This document shows positions 28,731 to 44,417 of a DNA stretch of 64,000 bases, piece by piece. Source of the DNA: the human T2T-CHM13v2.0 reference genome, Homo sapiens. Positions within the stretch are counted from its first letter, which is position 1. The number at the start of each line of letters is the position of its first letter. Location: the NCBI RefSeq assembly GCF_009914755.1, contig NC_060947.1. One strand, 5' to 3'. The notes beneath the pieces are model-generated. The model saw nothing but the letters and a program-made list of their open reading frames with translations, searched no databases and was not told where the DNA came from. Both the position numbers and the translations under genes were made by a program.

Positions 28731-29434
28731 TGCAAGGAAAAGGGGGTCCATGATGTCAAAAGGCTTTGCTCTAGTTGGAATAACCTTCCTTTGACACAAA
28801 TATTTCTGATAAATCAGACAGAATTCACTAAAAGCAGAGCCAATATTTGCAGAGTGTTCAAAAACAGTTCTTTGAACGTGCAGAATATGATAAAGTTTTC
28901 TTAGATGAACCCCCAGTAGAGTTTTTCAGTAGGCTTGATGGTGTTTTCCTAGTGGACCCAGCAGGAGTATCCTTGGCAGCTGGGAGTTTTCATGCAGATG
29001 GAACGTCAGGGGCTTCACGATGAAAAATGCTGCAATCTCTTATTTTGTAGCATTGTCTGTGGATGCTAAGTTGCATCCTTTATCTCCGTTAATGGAGTGT
29101 GTATTATTTTTCTACATTTACAGACATCTTTCCATCAGATGCTCTTGTCCTTGTGCAAACTATATGAAAGTCAGAACATCAAAATGAAATATAGAATAAG
29201 GGAAAATGGATAAATGCAATGTTAACTGACCGCTCTGGGCATGATGGTGCAAGGTGCCATGTTATTGTATTTTCTTTCCTGTCATTTCGATGCATTCTCT
29301 TGACTTATTCTTTCCTTCTTTTTTGGGGAGGAAGGGATATCAATAAGGCCCTATTTAGGAGATTAAAAAAATCCAGTCCAGTCTAGTCATGAAAATCAAA
29401 ACTCTTACCCAAGTAAAGTTTTTCACTTGCCCTA

Positions 29435-30176
<742 letters not shown>

Positions 30177-30566
30177 CCTAGTTCTAGCCAGTCTCGGTTC
30201 AGAAATACAACTGGAGTCAAAAGCCATGGTTAAATTTTTCTAATTTTCCACTTACTCTTAAGCAACATTTTGTCTATTTGCTCAGGTACCTTTCAGTGCC
30301 TGTTTCTTTCAAGGTAGGAGTGTGGAAAACAACACACCCAGGTAAGGCATAAGAAGGAGGTGTTGTAGAAAAGTCGCACAGTTGAAATGTGATGTGGCTA
30401 TGACAGGGTATGGCTGATTCAAAGCCCTGATTTGTTCTTTCCTGGGGTATTGTTGGGGTCTGGAGATATCATTTTCACTAGAAAAGATTTATGAAGTTTT
30501 CTTTTTCCAGGCACTGTCTCCTTCAGCTAGATGTCCTTGGGTTCTCTTATGGCTTTGATGTAGTTT

Positions 30567-31048
30567 CTTTTTTATTTTATTTTATGTTCTGGGGTACATG
30601 TGCAGGACGTGCAGGTTTGTTACATAGATAAAAGTGTCCCATGGTGGTTTGCTGCACCTATTAACCCGTCACCTAGGTATGAAGCCTGGCATGCATTAGC
30701 TATTTTTCCTGATGCTCTCCCTCCCTTGCCATCCCCCTACAGGCCCTGGTGTGTGATGCTTCCCTCCCTGTGTCCATGTGCTCTCATCGTTCAGCTTCCA
30801 CTTAGAAGTGAGAACATGCAGTGTTTGGTTTTCTGTTCTTGTGTTAGTTTGCTGATGATAACGTCTTCTAGCTCATGCATGTCCCTCCAAAGGACATGAT
30901 CTCGTTCCTTTTGGTAGCTGCATAGCATTCCATGGTTTATATGTACCATATTTTCTTTATCCAATCTATCATTGATGGGCATTTGGGTGGATTCCATGTC
31001 TTTGCTATTGTGAATAGTAATGGAATGATTTATATTCTTTTGGGTATC
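30567..31048 (-). mobile_element. L1PA (PA8-10-like) 3' UTR
   Basis: 'ttctggggtacatgtgcaggacgtgcaggtttgttacatag...gctattgtgaatagt'. Confidence 0.9.
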
Positions 31049-31253
31049 AATAGCTGAATTGACCAAATGATGCAGTTTCAATCATTTGTCTTCTTGGATG
31101 CCAGTTTGCACAGAAACCCTTCCTGTTCTGTGCTGGGAGCATATAACCATGGACAAGAGGTCACTTTCAGAGTTTTCAGCTGTGAGTCTCATATATTTCA
31201 TCCTCAAGGAGGCATATGTTAAGCTCCCTGATTTGATCTCATAACAAGGGAAA

Positions 31254-31605
31254 TGTTACCAAAACACTAGGGGTTTAGTTTAGGTCCTGTTGCTCACCAG
31301 AGAGAAAGCCAATTACTGAGACAGGTGTTGCCAAGGAAGAAGACTTTTATGGGTGCAGCAGCCAAGGGGACAGGGGATCAATGTCAAATCCATCTCTGCA
31401 ACCAAGTCAAACTGAAGGTTTATATGTTGCGGAAGGAATCTACAGGAATTGGGGGAGGTGGGTAAGGAAAAGGAGCTTCAGTTCCTTGATACTAGCTGCG
31501 AGGCCTGAGAGTCAGTTTCCTGAGAAAGGAAATCAGATTAGACCAATGTGAGTTTCAAGCTTTAAGACTGGGAGGAACCATCTCTATGTTGATTAAAAAT
31601 AATAA
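31254..31605 (-). mobile_element. MER4-group ERV1 LTR (MER57/MER66-like)
   Basis: 'tgttaccaaaacactaggggtttagtttaggtcctgttgctc...aaagccaattactgagac'. Confidence 0.65.
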
Positions 31606-31610
31606 CAATA

Positions 31611-31912
31611 GGCTGGCCATGGTGGATCATGCCTGTAATCCCAACACTTTGGGAGGCTGAGGTGGGTGGACCACCTGAGGTCAGGAGTTTGAGACCAGCC
31701 TTGCCAACATGGTGAAACCTCGTCTCTACTGAAAATGCAAAAATTAGCTGGACGTGGTGGTATGCACCTGTAATCCCAGCTACTGGCAGGAGAATCACTT
31801 GAACCCAAGGCGGCAGAGGTCGCAGTGAGCTAAGATTGTGCCACTGTACTCAAGCCTGGGTGACAGAGTGACACTCTGTCTCAAAATAAATAAATACATA
31901 AAAATAAAAAAA
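31611..31912 (+). mobile_element. AluS
   Basis: Full Alu with a small right-arm deletion. Confidence 0.95.
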
Positions 31913-32306
31913 ATTTATAATTAAAACCAAACTAAAAATTTAAAAAATTAAAAAATTTTAAAAATGAAAAAGTAAAAAAACTAGTTTTCAATCATTAATT
32001 TAGAAGCCAATCCTAAAATCTGAAGGTTGAAAAGCTGAAACAAAAAGGAATCAGATGAGGCGTAATCCATGCTGATTCATTCTTCTTTCAAAGCAAGCTC
32101 TCAAAATCTTGTTTTATCTTGTATACACACACACACACACACTCTTTCTCTTTCTCTTAAGAAATATAGAGGAGAAATAAAAGAGAATTTTACTGAACAA
32201 AATCAGGTGATAAACAGGAGTAAGTGGACAAATAATCATAAATATATCAAGCTAACTGTAATCATCAGTTGTATTAAAGAAACTCTTTAATGCAGGAGTG
32301 TAGGAC

Positions 32307-32800
32307 TGTCAAGAATGGTGAATGATCTGAGATATCACCCTCCTTGCAAACAGACCATTTAGCTTAGCATGTTTTCATAAATGCTGATGGAAGACATGAG
32401 ATTCCTGATTCAGAGACAAAAGATACTATTACGCACAGCAGGAAACATGAGCTTCAACTTCAAGTGTGTGGGAGTTCTCCCTGCATTCTCCCTGTCATTC
32501 TCTCTGTGACTTCTCCCTGTCATTCTGTAGGGATGACTTAGAGTGTCTGAGTAAATACTGCTCATGCTGTAAGTTCGTGTTACATCTGAGGGACTTCAAG
32601 CTTAAGAAATTCCCATCTTTCGTGAGAGTGAGAAACTGCCTACCGTTTGCCTCTGGTGGAGATGTTATCTTTATGATACTGGACAGTTCTCCCCACCAGA
32701 GATTCTTCCAACTATGTTGTTATGTTTCAAACATCTTTGAAAAACATTCAGAATAAAAGTTGTTGATCCTCCTCAGGAAATAATTGCATCTCAAGAGAGA
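32307..32800 (-). mobile_element. ERVL-class solo LTR, same family as 2693-3162
   Basis: 'tgtcaagaatggtgaatgatctgagat...gaagacatgagattcctgattcagagacaaaag'. Confidence 0.6.
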
Positions 32801-33199
32801 CAGTAATCACCACTAAAGCCACTTTGACTTGATATTGTTTTAGACAACATACCTGAGACAAAAGCAATTTTTAAAAATCATACAAAATCAGAAAGAGATA
32901 ACACATTAGCAACATTCACAGTTAATAGGAATGCAAAAGTGATAAAAAATTAAATTTCTTCCTTAAGCAATGACGTCATGCGGTAATTCTGCAGGATAAA
33001 GAAATGAATACATAAAAATTAATAGCAAATTATATACACACATATAATTTAGAAAATAAAAAGAAATAAAATACGCAAATATAAACTAAGGACGAAATTA
33101 TAGTAGTCCTAGGACTTCAGGAGTAAACGTATCAGAGAAACACATAAGCTTTATAAAAAATACAGTTGAGAGTTCACTTAGGCACAGATTTTTTTTTCA

Positions 33200-33386
33200 A
33201 CCAAATGAGGATCGAAAACACAGTATTCATGAGATGGGCAATCTGAGTATACTGAGTTTACTCGTTTTACTAAGGTCCAATTTATGCAAGTTCTGCAAGG
33301 CATGCTTTGGGACATGAGTATGCTCAGATTTTGGTATAAGCAGGAGTCCTGGAGTCTATCTGTCTCATATACTGAGGATGATTGTA
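33200..33386 (+). mobile_element. MER2/Tigger-type DNA transposon end
   Basis: 'gggacatgagtatgctcagattttggtat...gtcctgga...atactgaggatgattgta'. Confidence 0.55.
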
Positions 33387-34492
33387 ATTCCAGTGTTATA
33401 AAGGAGGATACAATCTACGTGGATTAAGGAAAACAAGCACTATCTTTGTGCCCAAGTTATCAATACTAGATATCAATTATCTCCAAATTAAACTATAAGT
33501 GAGTGCAATTCTACTTTAAAATACCACTTTTTTTGAAGGAAAAGAAATCAGATATGGTGACTCTTTTATAGAAAAACAAACTGGGGAGAATAGAATATTC
33601 TGAAACAGACTGATAATGCATGGAATTTTCCCTACCATCTAATTTATATTAGTGCTTTATTTATACCTTAGACAAGCATGAAGCTCATAGCGGAAACTGA
33701 GGTCTCCAAATGCTTGTGTATAACTCTTCCACTACCTCTTACTAGATTCAAGACATACAGCAAGTTCCTTAGCATCATTGTGTTTATATTTTCTCATTTT
33801 TTCAATTGTGACAATAAATCACTAGTATTGTCAGTCTTTTGTATAAATGGAAAGGAATTTTTATACAAGATCTAGTTAAAATATTGTCCTGTATGTAGTA
33901 TGCATATCGCCCGCAAAATGTAGGGGGTACCTAATTTTTAGCTATGGTGTCATTACTTTTGGCATAATTGGAAATGGAATAATGAGTTGGGATTAGGATA
34001 TGAAGAGTTGAATAAATACTTGCAATAAAGTAGTGCATCCAGGAACAGATCCCAAAATATAAAACAAGTTAGTATATGATGTAGGCTTCCATCACATTTG
34101 AAAATTTTTAGTAGTAAGTGAGTATCCCTTGAGGGGGGAAAGGTGATTCCTGTCATCCATTTATATACACTAAAATTCATTTCCTCTGGATTAAATATTT
34201 CAAGGTAAAAAGGAGTACAATACAGTGCCAGAAAAAAGCTTGAAATGATTTTGCTTAAATGATCTCAGAGTGGTAAATATGGTTTTAGCACTGAACTCAC
34301 GTATTGTTAAAATGTTGGTATATTGGATTACATTTTAATAGATTGCAAGTACTATCAGTAAAATCAGAGTACACATGAAAACATTAAGTATTAAATTCTT
34401 TAATATATAAGTATAATGTGTATTTTAATATACAAATACATAAATAATATTTTAAAAGGATAATATACATTATTCACAAAAATACTATTTAA

Positions 34493-34809
<317 letters not shown>

Positions 34810-35352
34810 TTACAAATAAGCTATTACTCATCACATTGGTAGAAATGTCAATTAAAATTTAAACATTCACTTCATAGATTGGTAAAGAGGACGTTTCATA
34901 ACACACAGCAAATTGATGAGTGGATGGAGAAACTCTCTCATAAATAACTGATAAGAAAATAGACTATTGTAACATCATTGGAGGAATTTTGCAATACCCA
35001 TCATGATGAAAAATACACATACATTTTGATGCAGGAGTTCCAGTTTTAGGAACAGTTTTAATCAGGAGTGTGTAACGAATCAGAAGCATCTTGCTTTTCT
35101 CAGGGCAGTTCCTGGAAGCTCCACCCACCACCTTCCACTCACGTCTCATTGGTTAGGAAGAGCTCCAGATGGGCATGCTACCTTCTGGGGAATCTGAGCA
35201 GGTAAAGATTTTTATCTGGACACATTGCCTTTCTAAGCAAAACTGCTATTACATAGTGGTTTATTGTTCTTTTCAATTTTATTAGGCAGCCTCCAAAACC
35301 AGAACAAGTTCAGAGGGAATCCTCATAGTGGTTTCTTATACAGATACGTAGA

Positions 35353-35560
35353 AAGATTAAAGACCAAGATAGTAGACATCGTACAAATAAGTGTGTGTGT
35401 ATATGCATTTGTGTAAGTATGTGGGGTGTGTGTGTGTGTATTGTTTAAAAGGGCAAAAAGATTAAAAAGAAAGATAGTGGACATTGTACAAATAAATGTT
35501 TGTACATGCATTTGTGTATGTATGTGTTTGTGTGTGTGTATATGTATATGTATATTTTTT
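35353..35560. repeat. Tandem duplication, period about 105 bp, TG-rich
   Basis: 'aagattaaa...aagatagt.gacat.gtacaaataa...atgcatttgtgta' present twice. Confidence 0.85.
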
Positions 35561-35889
35561 GAAGGACAAAAAAAATCTTGGTAATAATTTGCCTCTCATC
35601 AATAGGAGTGGAAGAAGCATATTTCATTTTATATATTGAATTGTAATGAAATTTTTACCATATAATTATTACTTTGTAATAATACACTCAAGACTATTAC
35701 ATATGATATATATATTAGTAATACTAATCATACATATTAATACATATATAATATCTACATATTACTTATATGAATATATAGTACCTATTACATACGTGTT
35801 AAAATATTCTGTATGTATATAATATACACATGTGTTATATATAATATATTTTAGGTAATGCATACATATATATATATGTATGTATGTAT

Positions 35890-36559
35890 TGTAAACCAAA
35901 AATAAACTTCTAAGGCCTGCCCCAACCATCTGAGTGGACCTCTCCTCTCAGACAAGGGCATTCCGGGGTTAACCTGAAAATCTAGTTCAGGCCATGACTG
36001 AGGAGAAGGGAGTCAGACATGCCTCATTCTACCCCTCGGTATTAACATCAACACAGACCTTAAGTCTGATAAGAAACGTTTACAATCTATTGTATGTGAA
36101 GCTGTCTACCTGGAGGCTTCATCTGCATGGCAAAACCTTGGTCTCCACAACCCTTTATCTTAATGCAGATATTCCTTTCTACTGATAGTAGGTTGGTGCA
36201 AAAGTAATTGCAGCTTTTGCCATGGAAAGTAAACCGCAATTACTTTTGCACAAACCTAATAATAACGCTTTCAACCAATTGGCAATCAGAAAAATTTTAA
36301 ACCTACCTATGACCTACAAGTCCCCCACCTTTCTACTTCCAGTTGTCCAACCCTTCCCGATCAAACCAATGTAAATCTTATATGTGTATTGACTGATGTA
36401 TTATGTCTCCCTAAAATGTATAAAAGCAAACTGTGCCCTGACTACCTTGGGCACATATCATCAGGACCTCCCGAGGTTGTGTCACAGGTGCATCCTTAAC
36501 CGTGGCAAAATTAACTTTCTAAATTGATTGAGACCTGTCTTAGATATTTTGAGTTCACA
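35890..36559 (+). mobile_element. MER4 (B/D-like) ERV1 solo LTR
   Basis: 'tgtaaaccaaaaataaa.ttctaaggcc...ctagttcaggccatga' through 'gattgagacctgtcttagatattttgagttcaca'. Confidence 0.9.
36188..36259. mobile_element. MADE1 (Hsmar1 mariner MITE) nested in MER4
   Basis: Inverted repeats taggttggtgcaaaagtaattgc / gcaattacttttgcacaaaccta, flanked by TA on both sides. Confidence 0.92.
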
Positions 36560-37917
36560 GTGTACATTTTAAATATATACATAAATGTACATGCATAGCT
36601 TAGTACACTTAATTGTACATTATTAAGGTATTATGAAAGACTCAAGGAGTTAATATATGAGAAGACACTTGGTAAAATGAACACAAAGTATACCAACCTA
36701 AGTAATTAATTTACTCACTGAAACAATTTATATTTGTTTCACTTCAAAACCTGTTTCAAACACCAATTAAATAAAGTTCAGTATGTCTCCAAGTTTAAAC
36801 TAAAAACAAGGTCAACAAAATTTCCTCACCCATCAACTTTATCCAGACAAAGCCATTAGAATGTGTCTGAGAGGAAAAGCATTTTAATTGGTGTATAATA
36901 AACATTAAAAGCTCTCCCAAGTGGAAATGGCTTGATGAAGTCAAGCCGTGCTTATTAATCAGAGTCTGGATTTCAATGTTGATGCCGCCTCACTTCCCTG
37001 CTTTTTCATCTTCAGTTTTCACAATATTTTCTGATTTATTTTGTGGGGGGAGTATCTGACTCTCTCTTCAAATCAAAACAGAAACTAGAAATAAAAACTG
37101 ATAGGTTTTTACTTTGGTAGATGCAGTAGAAATATTCACAGAGTGGTTCAGATATGTATACATGGAAATTAGTCTTCAGTGGTGAAATTTAAGGGGTCAA
37201 AGATCATTTTGGAAGCAATATTTGCAACAAAATGCTTTCACTCTATATGAATTCTCTAAACCATTATTTGAATGTGAACATCAATAAGGTCCTGCTCCCA
37301 TAGAGAATGCAACAGGCAGAGAGATTACGCATCTCTTGTATCCTCATTTTCCATCTGGGAAAGTTCAAGGCACTAATGAGCTCTAGGAATACAAAGATAA
37401 ATAGGATGTTGTTTTGGTGCTAAGGAGCCCATCATAACCACAAATGTAGGAGTGAATTAGGTTGGTAGAACGAGTAATAGTCTCAGATTTAGGTTGCAAC
37501 AATGGCTTCACGAAATTTTAGCCATGCAAACTTGAATACATTTATCTCCCTGACACTTACTTTTCTTGCCTTTGAAGTGAGATGAATACTTCTATACTGA
37601 GCTAACATATCTTCGCAAGGATTAAGCAAGAAATTGATTGAAGAGCATCTATACTCATGTCTGACACATGGTGCAGAGACTACAAGCAAATTTTAGTTTT
37701 CCCTAAAACACAAGTGCTGAAATAAAAGGTGTAGAAAGTACTGCAGGAGGAAGAAAGATAATGTACATAATCTTTTGTGGGGAGGAGGCAGAAGAAGTGA
37801 TGAGAGATTATTTGAATTATGTGAATCCTAGGAAAAGAATCATAGACAAAAAGTGGCACCGGTGGTGGGGCAGAGGACTTGGTGTAGATGGAGAACTGAT
37901 GAGTAATACGTAGACTA

Positions 37918-38226
37918 GGCCAGGCATGGTGGCTTATGCCTGTAATCCCAGCACTTTGGGAGGCCGAGGCGTGTGGATCATCTGAGGTGAGGAGTTCGAG
38001 ACAAGGCTGGCCAACATGGAGAAACCCCGTCTCTACTAAAAATACAAAAATTAGCTGGGTGTGGTGGTGCGCAGTGTAATCCCAGCTACTCAGGAGGCTG
38101 AGGCAGGAGAATTGCTTGAACAATTCTCAAGGGAGGTGGAGGTTGCAGTGAGCTGAGATCGCACCACTGCAGTCCAGCCTGGGAGACAGAGCAAGACTCC
38201 GTCTCAGAAAAAAAAAAAAAAAAAAA
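37918..38226 (+). mobile_element. AluS
   Basis: Full Alu; TSD core gtagacta on both sides. Confidence 0.95.
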
Positions 38227-38440
38227 GATGTAGACTAACAAGGTATTCTTCTGCAATTCAATTTTTACTTTCTAAGTGAGGAGTAGACAGTGGTATGCCA
38301 TGGGAGCTGGTTAAGGAAAACTTAAAGCATGGGTTTCTGCTTTTGAGTCTTTAAAGAAAGAGAACTCTTGGAGACATGTTGAATGTTGAGTGATGAAATT
38401 GAATTCGGAGAAAAGTAAGTCAGTGATACCAATTTATTCA

Positions 38441-39257
<817 letters not shown>

Positions 39258-39339
39258 GATGGAATGGACAGAAGGAACGTCATCATGTGGGAACAGAGAA
39301 CAAGGGATGGCTTTAATAAGTAATCAGATGTTACGATCT

Positions 39340-39610
39340 GGCTGGGCACGGTGGGTCACACCTGTAATCCCAGCTCTCTGGGAGGCTGAGACAGGCAGAT
39401 GGTTTGAGGCCAGGAGTTTGAGGCCAGCCTGGGCAACAGAGTGAAACCCCATCTCTACAAAAAATAAAAAAATAAGCCAGGTGTGGTGGCTTACACCTGT
39501 AGTCCCAGCTACTCAGGAGGCTGAGTTGGGAGGACTGCTTAAGCCTGGAAGGTTGAGGCTACGGTGAGCTGGGTGACAGAGAAAGACTGTCGCAAAAAAA
39601 AAAAAAAAAA
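39340..39610 (+). mobile_element. AluJ with right-arm deletion
   Basis: 'ggtgagctgggtgacagag' skips part of the consensus. Confidence 0.93.
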
Positions 39611-40344
39611 GTGAGAATTGGATTCAGAGAAAACCAAAAAGGGCAAGGCTGCTGAAGTCTCTTCCTACAAGGACTGGGTGGGTAATGCTAACTTTAATCA
39701 ATTGATGAATACTCCAGGAAAAGAACTTTTGGGGAACTAATGTGTTCGTTGTTGGTCATACATTTGAGCTGTGTGCTGGGAAATTAGGAGGAGAAATCTA
39801 GACACGGAGAGAGAGAAATCAAAGAACCCTGAGATGAAGCAGGCAAAATGTTGCCTAGCAGAATGCAAGCTACAAAACCGAGATAGAAGGCACTTTCATG
39901 AGAACAGGTGGCCAACACTTCCAACTGCATGCTCCTTTGCTGGAGAGAGCTACGTCTGATAAGCAGAACAGGAGAGGTCCATTCAAAGTCATCATTCTGA
40001 TAAGAACCAGAGTCAAGAAGGAAGTTTAGATTTTTCTCACTCATCATCCACGTTTTGATGTCAGTTGAAACCTAAATTGATTGCCAGTGCAGAATGCTTC
40101 AAGATTATACCATTTCTAACAAAGAAGAGCTTTAGAAATTGCTGTGTCTTTTAGAGTCCATCATTTCACCATACAAGGTCAAACACATCTGAGGATAGGT
40201 ACTTCCTCTTATAATAAAAGTTTTAGACCCTCGTCCTGCATTCTAAGAAGGTTTCCCTGAAGTCTGCACATGCCTTGACGGACAGAGAGAAGATAGATGG
40301 CCATTTATTACCTGCAATTTCCCCAGTACTAACTTAGGTGCCCC

Positions 40345-40500
40345 ATTAAACCATCTATCAGCCCTGCTAGGTACGACCATTTCCCCAGTTTTCCACATGA
40401 GGAAGCAGGTGATGGGATTTTTCAAGGTCATGCAAGTAGTGGCTCACCCATGTGGTCTTTGAAACCAAGCCTGAGCCCTTTCTGTTTTCACCGTGCTGCA
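40345..40500 (-). mobile_element. MIR
   Basis: 'ccccagttttccacatgaggaagcagg...tcaaggtcatgcaagtagtggc'. Confidence 0.55.
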
Positions 40501-42412
40501 CTCCTGGCTGACATCTAGTGCTTTGGTGCATTTTCTAGATGACCGTCAAAGTAACATTGTTATAGGGGTATATCAGGGCTTTTTTTTGACATCATTATGG
40601 TAAACCTCCCTGTCCCTTTGGATATTTTTAAGAGGAGCAAGGAACATTATGCCCCTTCCTGCTTCATCTAGCAACTTAGCATAATGAGTACATTTCCTGC
40701 TTTTTTTTTTTTTTTTCTTTTGACAACTGCACAACTCCATCAGACCTCTGCTTGTGTTTCGGTGTTTGACATTGTTCTCTCAGGTATCCTTTGAGTTTGA
40801 AGAGTCCCGAATTATTCTACAGAGGAGCCATGATCCTTGCTTTCTCATGAGTGCCAGAAATAATATAAACCAGACACCATGAATAATACATGAGCATCAA
40901 TTTCACATCAGGGTTATTTCTGGCACCGACTGTCTGTCTGTCAATAGCATATTAACAGCAGGCACTGTTTTTTTTTTTTTATGATGGTAGAATGGTAAAA
41001 ATAATGAACTGGCATTCAGCCTTGGAGATTCTCTCTGGAATGTAATGTTCCTCTGTCTAATACTTTTTAAAACATAGACGTGAAGAAGTTTTGTGGTTTG
41101 GCAAAAGAATCCTGGCTCTACTTTTGGTGTTTTGTTGTCTTTATTGAAATAGAAAGGGTGGATGTTTTGTACACAGTTCTGGAGGTGGCAGTCTGGCTGT
41201 GTCGCAGACTGAGAATAATAAGTTCCCTTAAAGACCATCACGGCTTCCTCAGCATCTTCTATTCTTGGATAATAACCACGGCTCCTAGAAACTGCCACCA
41301 CTAATGACCTATTCTTTATGATAGCTTACTTCGCACCACAGTGAGAAGTATTTTTCTCCATTAGAAGTTTAAGTGTTTAGCAGTAAAATTGGCAAGAAAA
41401 CCACTGGCTTGCATACAAAGCCTACAGGTTGCTATTCTAATGACTTTCTGTTCAAATACACATTCCAATTAAAAGGAGAATGTGGAGACCCAGCACAGGC
41501 AAAGATGAACAGCCAAGGGGCTGAAAGTCCGCCAATGTTCCATACGTTACATAACACAGCCTTCCTCACATGTTAGAATCTACTCCCTCTGTTTCTGATG
41601 ATTCTTCTGACTCTTCATAAAACTCTCATCACCCTGAGTTTGTTATATTGCTGAGGCATTTTATGCGTTTGAAGAGCTTTAATTTTGAGGTCTTCTGTGT
41701 TTGAGGTTTAAAGGAAATATTCCTTCCTGCCAGGTCAAAGCAATTAAATCATAGTTTGTTGCACTGAAAACTGGATTTCAGAGATGTGGTCTGACTCTCG
41801 CATGAGTCTCTTTGATTCAGAAACATTTAGTATCTGTTCACTCTCTGGCACTAAGCCGAGCACCAAGGGAACACGTATGAATGAGTCTGAGTTGTTTTCC
41901 TGCAAGAGATTTTAGATTACGACTGAGTGAAGAGCGTGTAAGGGCTCTCAATAGAAAAATCAAGGATAAGGCTAAATGAAAAATGAATATTGGGTCCAAA
42001 GGAGTAGAAAGAGATCAGATATTTTGTCACAGAGGTTGAGTTGGGAAGACTTTGAAGAAAGAGATGCCATTTGAGGTGGGACTTTAAGAATTTTGAAGTT
42101 TGGACCAGAAAAAAAGGGAACTTTCTGATAATAATATAATTTTTAAAAGCTAAAGCAAAGGATTGGGTTCTTTAGGAGCCTGGAAGCAAATTAGAGTGAT
42201 GGAATATTCCAGCATGAACCTCAAGCAAAGCAAGAAAACTCAAGACCCCAAAATTCGTCAGGCAGCAGAACCTGTTGGCTTTTGTGTATATAACATGGCA
42301 CAATGTTTCTACTTTCTCCTCTGGGCAGTAAGGGGCTGGCCTGTGGAGGGGTGTGCTGGCAGCAGGCAGGATGATTAAAATGCAGAGATGATATTTTTTA
42401 GGGGGTGGTACT

Positions 42413-42671
42413 CTTTTTTCTTTTTTCAGACGGAGTCTCACCCTGTCATCCAGGCTGTAGCACTGCAACCTCCGCCTCCCTGGTTCAAACGATTCTCCTG
42501 CTTCAGCCTCCCAAGTAGCTGGGATTACAGGTGCCTGCCACCACACCCAGCTAATTTTTGTACTTTTAGTAGAGACGGGGTTTCACCATGGTGGCCAAGC
42601 TAATCTCGAACTCCTGACCCCTCAGCCTCCCAAAGTGCTGGGATTACAGGCATTAGCCACTGTGCCCGGCC
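42413..42671 (-). mobile_element. AluS with two internal deletions
   Basis: TSD gggggtggtactcttt / ggggttggcactcttt. Confidence 0.93.
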
Positions 42672-42944
42672 GGGGTTGGCACTCTTTAAGTATTGATGTG
42701 ATCTTGATCAATTGCAATGGTCAAGAAAAAGAGGGGATCTAAATGAGGAAAGCTATGAAGCAAGAATCCCTGGAATTTGGGGTCCAAATAAATATGAGTA
42801 TAGAATGAGGACAGAGTCTCTGCTGAGGTTTTAGCTTGGATTCCAAACTGCGTTAAGAAAAGTATTACAAATAGAAAGCCCTGAAGGAACACACAGTTTT
42901 TGGGATAAGGAGGAAGATGCCTCTTGCTTTAGGAATGTTAATCA

Positions 42945-43480
42945 GACCCAATCCCATTATCGGGTATATAGCCAAAGGAATATAAATCCTTCTGCCATAA
43001 AGACAATGCATGCATATGTTCACTGCAGCAAGATTCACAATAGCAAAGATGTGGAATCAACCTAGATGCCCATCAACAGTGGACTGGATAAAGAAAATCT
43101 GGTACATATACACATATATACTACACAGCTATAAACAAGAATGAGATCATGTCCTTTGCAGCAGCATGAATGGAGCTGAGGGCCATTACCCTAAGCAAAG
43201 TAACACAGGAACAGAAAACCAAACACTATATGCTCTCACTTATAAGTGGGAGCTAAACAGTGAGTACACACGAATTCAATGAAGGGAACAACAGACACCG
43301 GGGCCTACTGGAGGGTGGAAGAAGGGAGGAAGGAGAGAATGGAAAAACTACCTATCAGATGCTATGCTTATTACCTGGGTGACAAAATTATCTGTACCCT
43401 GTACCCCGGTGATGTTCAATTTATCTACGTAACAAACCTGCACATGGACCACTGAACCAAAAATACAAGTAAAAAAAAAA
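42945..43480 (+). mobile_element. L1PA15/16 or L1PB4-like 3' UTR
   Basis: 'caatcccattatcgggtatatagccaaagg...aacaaacctgcacatg'; TSD aatgttaat. Confidence 0.9.
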
Positions 43481-43591
43481 TGTTAATTTGAGATGCTTTT
43501 AATCCTTTGAGTAGAGTTCAAATTTTGGTCTGGAGCTCAAGAGAGTAATGGCAGATGGAAATAGAGAAAGTGAATGCTGAGCTAGCTAGAG

Positions 43592-43950
43592 GGTTAGTTT
43601 CCCAGGGCTGCTTGAATAAATTGCAATAAACTGAGGAGCTCAAAATCAAGGTGTCTTTAGGGTCATGCTCCCATGGAAGGCCCTAGGGGAGGCTGCTTCT
43701 TGCATCTTCCATTTTCTGGTGGCTGCAGGTGTTCCTTGGCATGTGGCTGCATCAGTCCAATCTCTGCCTCCATGTTCCCATGTTCTTCTTTCTCTTCTCT
43801 CTGTGTCATGAAACTAGTCATTGGATTTAGGGCCCACGAGTTTACCTCAAGATCTTAATTGCATCAGCAAAGACCCTATTTCCAAATAAAGTCACATTCT
43901 GAGGTTCCCAGAGCACATGAAGTTTAGGAGTGCACTCTTCAACCCAGGAT
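43592..43950 (-). mobile_element. MLT1 LTR
   Basis: 'aaagaccctatttccaaataaagtcacattctgagg'. Confidence 0.8.
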
Positions 43951-44417
43951 AGCTACAGAGGGGCAAAGCTGAAGTAATGAAGGCTGATAATGTTGACCAG
44001 AGACAAAAATAGTGTGAATGCAGGATTGAGTCACGAAAGATGCCCTGGAGAATATAATTGATGGGAAGACCAATGGGAGTAAAGTTCAAAGAAGACCCAA
44101 GTCCCTTTCAAGTGCTAAGAGGAAACCAGGAGAGACTTCAAATGCATGGCAAGAGGATGGCTTTCCATCGATGAGGGGGAATTTTCAGAGGTTATTGCCT
44201 CAGACAGGGGAACTAATGGGTAAACTCTTCAGAGTCCTACAGGGCTGGAAAGTAACAGGACAGAAGCTCTGTGGGTCAGTGCATTTTCAGTGCTTTTAGA
44301 GTTGTCAGGGCAACCTCATCAATATCAGTCGAATCAGCATTTATAAATTCGTCAATGTGTCTCTTTAAAAACAAGACAGACAGACGGACAAATACAGTCA
44401 AGGGGTGAATGCTTGTA

